Origin: Candidatus Sulfopaludibacter sp. SbA3
GTDB lineage: Bacteria > Acidobacteriota > Terriglobia > 20CM-2-55-15
DNA: 64,000 bases
Direction of reading: 5' to 3'
Assembly: GCA_945865815.1 (NCBI GenBank)
Contig: CAMBFR010000007.1
Span: forward strand, 3,008-67,007
The position numbers and the translations under genes are program-made. The notes beneath the pieces are model-generated. The model saw nothing but the letters and a program-made list of their open reading frames with translations. It had not been told where the DNA came from and did not search any database. Shown piece after piece: positions 54,647 to 62,332 of this stretch (its first letter is position 1; every line of letters starts with the position of its first letter).

Positions 54647-55828
54647 ATGCCACGAATTGAAGACTTGACCGAGGTTCAGCGCCAGACGGTGCTGAACTTT
54701 CCCTGCTTCGAATACGATGACACGCCTTTTGTTCCTCCTGGCAAGCCAGTCCACCAGATCAGGCTGGCATTGGTGACCACAGCGGGCGTGCACCTCCGGG
54801 GAGACAAAACGTTTACTGCCGGAGATCAGACCTATCGCGTGATTCCGTCCAACATTGCCGCGAGGGACATTATTCAAAGCCACAGCAGCATTGGTTTCGA
54901 CCGGACGGCGGCATACCGGGACCTGAATGTCACTTTTCCGATTGACCGGTTAAACGAAATGGCGGAGCGGGGCATCATCGGTTCGACAACCGCCCGCTAC
55001 TATTCCTTCATGGGCGCGCAAACGAACCCCAGACGAATCCTCGAGGAAACCGGCCCGGAAGTCGCGCGGCTCCTGTTAAAGGAAGGCGCCGACGCCGCAA
55101 TCCTGACTCCCACCTGACCGAATTGCACGCACACGGTCAGTGTGCTTGCGAGGGCGCTTGAGGCTGCCGGACTGCCGACAACGAGTCTCGTTCTGCTCAA
55201 GGAACACGCCGAACGCACCAAGCCGCCGAGGGCGCTTTTCGTGCCCTTTCCTTATGGCTATGCCCTCGGCAAACCGGACGATCCGGAATTCCAGCACAAA
55301 GTGCTGAACGCTGCGTTGGAGCTGTTCAGCGCTGCGGCCGGGCCGGTGTTGGCCGAATTTCCGGAGAAAGGGAATGCGCCGCCGCGCCTCATCCAGGCCA
55401 GCGCTATTCAGGCCGTCAATAAAGAAGGTGACGCGGCCATGGAATTAACCGCGATGCGGCGTTACTACGAGCAGTGGGTTGAGCAGCACGGTGGACGAAC
55501 GGCGGTCGGAAATTCCGGCGTTCCCCAGCGGCGCTTCCGCGGTCTGGTCCGCTACCTTCAAGCGTACGTGGCCGGCGCTCCGCACGACTATGAGAGGCCC
55601 GCGGGGGTCAGCGCGGAAGTCAGCCAGGTCCAGTTCATGCGGCAGGCGGCAGATGATCTGAAGGCTTTCATGCTGGAAGCGCGAATGCAGCAGCGTCCCA
55701 ATGACCAGGATAATGCCCTGCACGAATGGTTCTGGGGAGAGACGGCCGTGGGTTCGCTGTTAGCGCGCCTGGCGCACAAACTGAAAGATGAGGGAGAAGA
55801 ACGGACGGCATTCGGCATCGCCCGCTAA
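54647..55828 (+). CDS. GrdB/PrdB-family (glycine/sarcosine/betaine reductase protein B-like) selenoprotein; TGA 55115..55117 read as selenocysteine
   Basis: Track ORFs 54602..55117 and 55142..55828 share one frame, separated only by this TGA. The junction AILTPT-U-PNC-THTVSVLARALEAAGLPT fits the family U/C-x-x-C motif. The N-terminal part (VTTAGVH, YRVIP, SHSSIGFDR, YYSFMG) also fits the GRDB family. Confidence 0.7.
55125..55149 (+). promoter_or_regulatory. Candidate SECIS hairpin
   Basis: GCACGCACAC-GGUCA-GUGUGCUUGC pairs at 9 of 10 positions. It starts 7 nt after the UGA and has a G-rich apical loop. Confidence 0.5.
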
Positions 55829-55841
55829 GGGGCCATCGAGT

Positions 55842-56204
55842 TCAGCCTTTGCCGCTGATTCGCATCCACTCGACTTCCATGCGGATCAGCTTTTCGCCGA
55901 GCATGTGAAGCGTTTCATCGCCCGGATCGACAAACTCGAAGCCCAGCAAACGCCCCGCGACCCTGCAGATTTTCGATGGAACATCAAACACCTTGTTCCG
56001 GTAGCTGAGGGTGAGTGTGCACATGCCATGTTCTTCGAAGACGACCTCGTGGTCGACGAGGAACAGGTATACCAGGGTGCCGCCTTCGCTGAGGTCCAGC
56101 ATCTTGCCCAGCGCCTGCTGCTGCCCAACCCGAATGACGACGGCTTCGTCGTCGTTCACCACGGGTATGACGCGGTCGGAGCGGCGCTTGTTTTCACCAG
56201 CCAT
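55842..56204 (-). CDS. PilZ domain protein (c-di-GMP receptor-like)
   Basis: It has RRSDR ... DLSEGG motifs. Start chosen at MAGENKRRSDR. Confidence 0.7.
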   Translation of the reverse strand: MAGENKRRSDRVIPVVNDDEAVVIRVGQQQALGKMLDLSEGGTLVYLFLVDHEVVFEEHGMCTLTLSYRNKVFDVPSKICRVAGRLLGFEFVDPGDETLHMLGEKLIRMEVEWMRISGKG

Positions 56205-56261
56205 TTGGACTCGTGCGAGCATTCAGTAGATTCATCGTCAACCTGCGCCGGAAACTATTGC

Positions 56262-56606
56262 CTATCCCGGCGGCCAACTGAACAGCCGCCCGCCAAGGAC
56301 ATGCAGATGGATATGGTATACCGACTGTCCCGCCCCGGCATTCACATTAAACACAGCCCTGTATCCTCTTTCATGTATCCCGAATTCCTGCGCCAGGGTC
56401 CTGGCAACCTGGAAGATGTGACCAACCAGGAAGGCATCGTCCGATGTGACGTCATTCAGCGTCGGGATATGCTTCTTCGGCACAATCAGGAAATGCGTCG
56501 GGGCTTGGGGCCGAATATCCCTGAATGCCACGACGTGTTCGTCGCCGTGTACCAGCTCAGCCGGCTGCTCGCCACGGATAATCCTGCAAAAAAGGCATGA
56601 CTGCAT
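56262..56606 (-). CDS. HIT family (HinT-like) nucleotide hydrolase
   Basis: It has CLFCRII, APTHFLIVPKKH and the histidine triad HIHLHVLGG. Confidence 0.85.
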   Translation of the reverse strand: MQSCLFCRIIRGEQPAELVHGDEHVVAFRDIRPQAPTHFLIVPKKHIPTLNDVTSDDAFLVGHIFQVARTLAQEFGIHERGYRAVFNVNAGAGQSVYHIHLHVLGGRLFSWPPG

Positions 56607-56643
56607 GTCTGTAATCCAACTCATTTTATGATAGAAGACTCCC

Positions 56644-57498
56644 ATGCCGATCGACCAGCAGCTTCTTTCCGAGATCGACCTTTTTGACTACAACGATGAC
56701 GAAGACAAGAAGGCGCTTGCCAGCGTCGTCGAACGGGTGCAGTTAAGGGCCGGCGAAATACTGTTTGAAAAAGGAGATCCGGGGGATTCGCTCTACATTG
56801 TCCGTTCAGGAAAGGTCGAACTGTTCATCCGCGCCACGGCCGGCGAAAAAATAGTCCTTACGGTGGCCGAAGAAAACGACTTGTTCGGAGAGCTGGCCGT
56901 GCTCGACAAGGGCGCTCGGACGGCGACGGCGATAGCGATCGAAGACAGCGAACTCATCGGCCTTGACCGGGACAAACTCCTGCTGCTCTTCCAGAGAAAA
57001 CCCGATGCCGCGCTGGACATGATCGGCGCCATGGGAGGCATGATCCGGAAAGCCGACGACATACTGCGCACCATGACCTCGAAAAACGTCAACGAAGAGG
57101 TCGAAGAGCGGCTGACCACAATAGAACGAATCGCGGATTGGATCGCGTGGTTCAGCGGAAGCATGCACTTCCTCGCTCTGAACACGGCATGGTTCGTCGT
57201 GTGGATATCAATCAACACATTGGACCTGGGATTTCAACGCTTCGATCCCTACCCGTTTGGCCTGCTCACGATGATTGTTTCGCTCGAAGCCATCTTCCTC
57301 TCGATCTTTGTCCTCATCAGCCAGAACCGGCAGGCGGAAAAAGATCGCATCCGTTCGAACATCGAGTATGCAGTGAACGTCAAAGCCGAACTCGAGATCG
57401 CCCATCTTCACGACAAGACGGACCGCCTCCAGGAAAAGATGCTCGAACAGTTCGCCCGCCTGAAGGGAGAATTCCGGGGACAGACCCCGATTTCCTGA
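56644..57498 (+). CDS. Cyclic-nucleotide-binding domain fused to DUF1003 membrane domain
   Basis: The cNMP-binding domain shows GDPGDSLYIVRSGKVEL...FGELAVLDKGARTATA. The DUF1003 domain shows FDPYPFGLLTMIVSLEAIFLSIFVLISQNRQ. Confidence 0.75.
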   Translation: MPIDQQLLSEIDLFDYNDDEDKKALASVVERVQLRAGEILFEKGDPGDSLYIVRSGKVELFIRATAGEKIVLTVAEENDLFGELAVLDKGARTATAIAIEDSELIGLDRDKLLLLFQRKPDAALDMIGAMGGMIRKADDILRTMTSKNVNEEVEERLTTIERIADWIAWFSGSMHFLALNTAWFVVWISINTLDLGFQRFDPYPFGLLTMIVSLEAIFLSIFVLISQNRQAEKDRIRSNIEYAVNVKAELEIAHLHDKTDRLQEKMLEQFARLKGEFRGQTPIS

Positions 57499-57534
57499 GC
57501 GGCGGAATTCGGGGTGCGTCCCCGGAATTCTCCC
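57465..57534. repeat. GAATTC-rich palindromic element (family B), copy 2
   Basis: The outer perfect 16-bp inverted repeat is GGGAGAATTCCGGGGA / TCCCCGGAATTCTCCC. An inner ACCCCGATTTCC / GGAATTCGGGGT pair follows. The stop codon of the upstream CDS sits in the apical loop. Confidence 0.75.
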
Positions 57535-57554
57535 TGGTGTGTTAGCATCCTCCC

Positions 57555-58574
57555 ATGCGCGCATGGGCTGTTTTCCTGCTACTCCTTGCCGGTTGCACGG
57601 GCTCGCCGGACAAGGCGACTCTCATCGTTTATTCCCCTCACGGCAAAGAGTTGCTGACCGAATTCGAAAAGGGCTTCGAGACCGCGAATCCGAACGTGGA
57701 CGTTCGATGGCTCGATATGGGATCGCAGGACGCACTGGACCGCGTCCGCTCGGAAAAGGCCAATCCGCAGGCGGATATCTGGTGGGGCGCGCCTTCCACC
57801 ATGTTCTCGCAGGCCGAAAAGGAAGGGCTGCTCGACGCGTACAAGCCGACATGGTCGGACAAGATCGAAAGCGACGCCAGGAGCCCAAATGATTTCTGGT
57901 ATGGAACCTTCCAGACTCCCGAGGTTATTGCCTACAACACCGCGGCGATTCGCCGCGAGGATGCGCCACAGGACTGGGACGACCTTCTGGATCCGAAGTG
58001 GCGGAACAAGATCATCATTCGCGACCCGCTGCCGTCAGGCGGAATGCGGGCGATCTACAGCGCGATGATTCTCCGCGTCATGCCTGCCGATGGCAGCTTC
58101 GAACCGGGCTACATGTGGTTGCGCCGGCTCGACGCGAATACGAAAGAGTACGTGATCAACCTGACGATCCTGATCCAGAAACTCGCCCGCCAGGAAGCGC
58201 TGATCACGTTGTGGAACATGCCCGATATTGAACTGCAGAAGACCCAGTACGGGTTTCCCGTTGATTTCATCATTCCGCGAAGCGGCACGCCGGTCCTGAC
58301 CGATGCCATTGCAATCGTGAAAGGCACCCGGCACCGCGGCGAGGCCGAAGCGTTTTACGAATACGTCAACAGCGAAGACAGTCTTGTTTCCTCCGCCCAT
58401 AAGTTTTACCGGATCCCCAGCCGCAACGACATTCCGAAAGACCGGCTTCCCGAGTGGATGCGCAATCTCAACATCCCCAAAATGGACATGAAGTGGGACC
58501 TCGTCGAAGCGAAATCGCAGGAGTGGATGGAACACTGGGACAGCTACATCCGGGGGGCCGGTGCCACACCTTGA
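57555..58574 (+). CDS. ABC transporter substrate-binding lipoprotein (family 1, Fe3+/polyamine-type)
   Basis: It has the lipobox LLLLAGC, LIVYSPHGKEL and ADIWWGAPSTMF. Confidence 0.7.
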   Translation: MRAWAVFLLLLAGCTGSPDKATLIVYSPHGKELLTEFEKGFETANPNVDVRWLDMGSQDALDRVRSEKANPQADIWWGAPSTMFSQAEKEGLLDAYKPTWSDKIESDARSPNDFWYGTFQTPEVIAYNTAAIRREDAPQDWDDLLDPKWRNKIIIRDPLPSGGMRAIYSAMILRVMPADGSFEPGYMWLRRLDANTKEYVINLTILIQKLARQEALITLWNMPDIELQKTQYGFPVDFIIPRSGTPVLTDAIAIVKGTRHRGEAEAFYEYVNSEDSLVSSAHKFYRIPSRNDIPKDRLPEWMRNLNIPKMDMKWDLVEAKSQEWMEHWDSYIRGAGATP

Positions 58575-59553
58575 ACTCTCGCACATTACAAAGGATTTCG
58601 GAACGGTTCGGGCGGTCCAGGACCTGAATCTCGAAGTCGACCGCGGTGAGGTCCTCTCGATCCTGGGCCCGAGCGGTTGCGGCAAGACGACGACCCTGCG
58701 GATGATTGCCGGCCTCGAGATCCCGACATCCGGGTCCATCCTCGCCAATCAGCGCGACATTACACGTGTTCCGGCACGCCAGCGGAATATCGGCATGGTC
58801 TTCCAGAACTACGCGCTGTTCCCTCATCTGGACGTTTTCGAGAACATCGCGTTCGGGCTGAGAACCCGCCGGCTGGCTCAACCCATCGTCGAAGCGCGGG
58901 TCGTCAAGGCGTTGAAGAGCGTTCGCCTGGACGGATTCGAGCGGCGTTCCGTGCATCAGCTCAGCGGCGGACAGCAGCAGCGCGTGGCATTGGCGCGCGC
59001 GCTGGCGATCGAGCCCGAAGTGCTGTTGCTCGACGAACCCCTCAGCAATCTCGATCCATCGCTGCGCGAGGAGTTGCGCGATCAGATCCGCGAAGTTGTG
59101 CGCGAGTTTCATGTGACGACGGTGTTTGTCACGCACGACCAGCAGGAAGCCCTTTCGCTGGCCGATCGCATCGCCGTCATGCAGGCCGGCGTGTGCCGCC
59201 AGGTCGGCAAACCCGGCGAGGTTTATGACAAACCGGCAGATGCTTTTGTGGCGCGCTTCCTGGGGAAAGCGAACCTGCTGCCTGCGGAGAACGGCCTGCT
59301 ATTCGTCCGCCCGGAGAATGTCATCATTCATGGCGTTTCCGGCGGGACCTCCGGCAGTGGGTTTTCGGCGGTCGTCACGAAGGCGGTCTTCGAAGGGCCC
59401 ATGGTTACTTACACGCTGAACGGCAACGGCGTCACCCTCACCGCGCGCCAGTTTCATAACGGCAGACGGATTTTTCAACCCGGTGAGACGGTGCACGTGC
59501 AGATTCCGCCGGATCAGTCTCATGTCATCCCAGGCTCGGATGAGACGGAATGA
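58561..59553 (+). CDS. ABC transporter ATP-binding protein (PotA/FbpC-like)
   Basis: It has GPSGCGKTT, LSGGQQQRVALARA, LLLDEP and a C-terminal TOBE-like region. The GTG start overlaps the upstream gene by 14 nt. Confidence 0.9.
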   Translation: MPHLELSHITKDFGTVRAVQDLNLEVDRGEVLSILGPSGCGKTTTLRMIAGLEIPTSGSILANQRDITRVPARQRNIGMVFQNYALFPHLDVFENIAFGLRTRRLAQPIVEARVVKALKSVRLDGFERRSVHQLSGGQQQRVALARALAIEPEVLLLDEPLSNLDPSLREELRDQIREVVREFHVTTVFVTHDQQEALSLADRIAVMQAGVCRQVGKPGEVYDKPADAFVARFLGKANLLPAENGLLFVRPENVIIHGVSGGTSGSGFSAVVTKAVFEGPMVTYTLNGNGVTLTARQFHNGRRIFQPGETVHVQIPPDQSHVIPGSDETE

Positions 59554-61178
59554 TCGCGATAATCATCTTCTTTGTTCTGCTCGTCGGCGTTCTCTACCCG
59601 AACGCCTACACATTCATTGGCAGCTTCTTCCCTGACGGTGGATTTTCGGCAGACACCTACGTTCGGTTCTTCTCCAGTCCATCCGGCCGCGAAGCCCTCG
59701 CGAACAGCCTCACCATATCGGTCGCGACCGTCCTGTTTTCCGCTGCAATAGGAATCCCGCTCGCATTCGTGTTTCACCGATTCGACTTCCCCGGACGGCG
59801 CGTTCTGCGCGCAATTGCGTCGGCGCCGGTTCTGCTTCCGCCGCTGGTCGGCGTGATTTCGTTTCTCTTCCTTTATGGGGAGAGCGGCATTGTCAGCCGC
59901 AGCATTCAAAATGCGCTTGGCCTGGCGGAACCCTGGCCGAGTCTCAGGGGTATATGGGCGATTCTCATCGTTCACGCCTACACCATGTACGTGTATTTCT
60001 TCATGTTCACGTCGGCCGGCCTCGAGCGGCTGGATGGCGCAATGGAAGAAGCGGCCGAAACGCTGGGCGCCTCGTGGATCGCGAAGCTCACGCGAGTCAC
60101 ACTGCCAATGCTGGTTCCTTCGCTGGTCGGCGCGGCCCTGGTGACCTTCATGGCCTCGATGGCGAGCTTCAGCGCGCCCTATATATTCGGTGGAGGAGTC
60201 CGGGTGCTGTCGGTCGAGATCTTCAACTCGAAGCTCAACGGGAACACGCCCATGGCGCTCGTCGAAACGGTTCTGCTGGCGTCGTCGTCTCTGGCCGTGC
60301 TTTTTCTGCTCCGGTGGTACGAAGGCCGGCACAGATACAGCGCGGTGGGAAAAGGAGTCGCCACACAGCGGGTGCCGATCACTTCAGGACTGGCCAAGCT
60401 TGTGGCCGGCGTCATCGGCACGGTAGTCGTACTGTTGCTGATTCTTCCGCACCTGATGGTCCTGCTGATGAGCTTCGTAAAGGACGGGACATGGACGGTT
60501 GAACTGCTGCCGCCGGTTTACACATCCGAAAACTATCTGAAACTTTTCACGGATCCGACGTTTCTGGAACCCATTCAAAACAGCTTGTGGATGGCCGGCG
60601 TGGCCACCGGATTGAATCTGGCCTGGGGGCTGCTGGCAACGTTCTGGCTTCGTCGAACGCGGGGAAACTTGCGCCGATTTGCGGACATTCTAATCATCAT
60701 TCCGTGGGCGCTGCCGGGAACGGTTGTGGCGCTCGCGATGCTGGAATCGTTTTCGCGCGTCCTCGCCGGCACGGTCGCGCTGCTTCCGATTGTCTATTTT
60801 GTCCGGAATATCCCCCTCGTCGTGCGCGCCATCGATGCGAGTTTCGCGCAGATGGATCCGGCCGTCGAGGAAGCCGCAGCGACGCTCGGCGCCGGAACGA
60901 TCTACACAATCCGGCGCGTCGTGCTGCCGCTGGTACTGCCCGGAGCCCTCGCCGGAAGCCTGTTGGCGTTCATCACGGCCCTTGGAGATTTTGTTTCCTC
61001 GATCATCGTGTACGTGTATTCGAACCGGCCGATCTCCATCGAGATTCTGTCCCAGTTGCGCATTTCGAATCTCGGAACGGCATCGGCATACGCAGTCCTG
61101 CTGATCCTGTTGATCGCGGTTACGCTGCTTGCCGGTGAACGGATCCGCGCGCCGGGTCGGGATCCGCTCGTGCAGTAG
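59550..61178 (+). CDS. ABC transporter permease, duplicated (two-module) type
   Basis: Twelve or so hydrophobic helices are arranged as two halves. Each half has an EAA-like loop (EEAAETLGAS..., EEAAATLGAG...). A 4-nt overlap joins it to the ATPase gene. Confidence 0.85.
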   Translation: MIAIIIFFVLLVGVLYPNAYTFIGSFFPDGGFSADTYVRFFSSPSGREALANSLTISVATVLFSAAIGIPLAFVFHRFDFPGRRVLRAIASAPVLLPPLVGVISFLFLYGESGIVSRSIQNALGLAEPWPSLRGIWAILIVHAYTMYVYFFMFTSAGLERLDGAMEEAAETLGASWIAKLTRVTLPMLVPSLVGAALVTFMASMASFSAPYIFGGGVRVLSVEIFNSKLNGNTPMALVETVLLASSSLAVLFLLRWYEGRHRYSAVGKGVATQRVPITSGLAKLVAGVIGTVVVLLLILPHLMVLLMSFVKDGTWTVELLPPVYTSENYLKLFTDPTFLEPIQNSLWMAGVATGLNLAWGLLATFWLRRTRGNLRRFADILIIIPWALPGTVVALAMLESFSRVLAGTVALLPIVYFVRNIPLVVRAIDASFAQMDPAVEEAAATLGAGTIYTIRRVVLPLVLPGALAGSLLAFITALGDFVSSIIVYVYSNRPISIEILSQLRISNLGTASAYAVLLILLIAVTLLAGERIRAPGRDPLVQ

Positions 61179-61197
61179 GTAGAGGAAGAATTGTGAG

Positions 61198-61316
61198 ATT
61201 GGACGAATCCTGCATCTCAAATCCCGAAATCCGAAATCTTGAATTGGACGGGCAATCCTCCCCGGTCCAATCTGATATTTCGGATTTCGGGATTTGAGAT
61301 GCAGGATTCGTCCAAT
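61198..61316. repeat. 119-nt hairpin element with perfect 40-bp arms
   Basis: ATTGGACGAATCCTGCATCTCAAATCCCGAAATCCGAAAT (61198..61237) is the exact reverse complement of 61277..61316. The 39-nt spacer is itself partly self-complementary. Confidence 0.85.
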
Positions 61317-61330
61317 TTCAAAATTTAGTC

Positions 61331-62332
61331 TTACTGCGGTGCTCTTATCGCGTAGGTGTACACCTTTTCCGGTGGGGTAATTCGGCTGGCGGCAGCGAGG
61401 CCGGTCACAACGTTGTTTGCGATGGCGTTGTAATACCAGGCAAAAAACTCGGCGAATGCCGTATAACTCCCCGACCGCGTCTGCGTGCCCAACCGTAGAA
61501 ATTCGCTGCGGCGGGCCTTGAAGAACGGCAGGAGTTTGTCGCGGGCAAGCAGGCTCATGAAGACGCGGAACTTCCGGGCGTCGTCGTCGTCATAGACGGT
61601 CGCCCTCCCCCGGAGATCTCCCAGGTTCAACCTTTCTTCAGCCAGCGACGTCCCGACCGTTACGATTCGGTAGCCGTCCGACTCGCGAAATTCGCGCCGC
61701 ACCGGCCCCGCCGCCGCGGGATTGCTCTCCACGAGCCAGGCATAGAAACGATCGTTTCTCAATCGGGCCGGGGGGGGCGGCATCAGCGTCTTGTCTTCAT
61801 AGAGCGCATCCATCATTGCGCCAAAGAGAAGGCCGGAAACCACAGCCTCATACATGACCTGTCCCCTGGGCATGGTCTTTGACCCATTGAGAGCCATGAC
61901 GGCGTTCTCGATCTCGGTCCATTGACTTGCGATCAATCTTCCGAATTCTTCCGAATCGCGCTGCAGGCTGTCTTTAACGCGATCGAAGTCCTGCTCTCGA
62001 ATGACGACCATGAACGGACGCTGATCAAATTCGTTCCGGGATCGGGTGAGGCGCTGCTCATCGAGTTCATCGGCGACTTTGGAAAAGTCGGGAACAGAAA
62101 CCTTGAAGGTCCTCGACAACTTGTCGAGATCCCATCCTTCGTGGAAAGCAACCGCGATCCAGCGCGCCTGCTCCTTGTTCATGAGATCCGCGGCGGCACG
62201 CGACCATGGATACATGCCGAACTGGAAATCGGCGTGGACCTGGGGCTTCTCGACCCTTTTCTGCGCGTCCACGCCCGGGGTCAGGACGGCCAGAGACAGG
62301 ACAAGGGGCCCAAAGATGGTTGTCTTGTTCAC
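61331..62332 (-). CDS. Secreted hypothetical protein
   Basis: GTG 62332 overlaps the stop of the upstream receptor gene (GTGA). The signal peptide is NKTTIFGPLVLSLAVLTPGVDAQ. I recognise no family. Confidence 0.5.
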   Translation of the reverse strand: MNKTTIFGPLVLSLAVLTPGVDAQKRVEKPQVHADFQFGMYPWSRAAADLMNKEQARWIAVAFHEGWDLDKLSRTFKVSVPDFSKVADELDEQRLTRSRNEFDQRPFMVVIREQDFDRVKDSLQRDSEEFGRLIASQWTEIENAVMALNGSKTMPRGQVMYEAVVSGLLFGAMMDALYEDKTLMPPPPARLRNDRFYAWLVESNPAAAGPVRREFRESDGYRIVTVGTSLAEERLNLGDLRGRATVYDDDDARKFRVFMSLLARDKLLPFFKARRSEFLRLGTQTRSGSYTAFAEFFAWYYNAIANNVVTGLAAASRITPPEKVYTYAIRAPQ

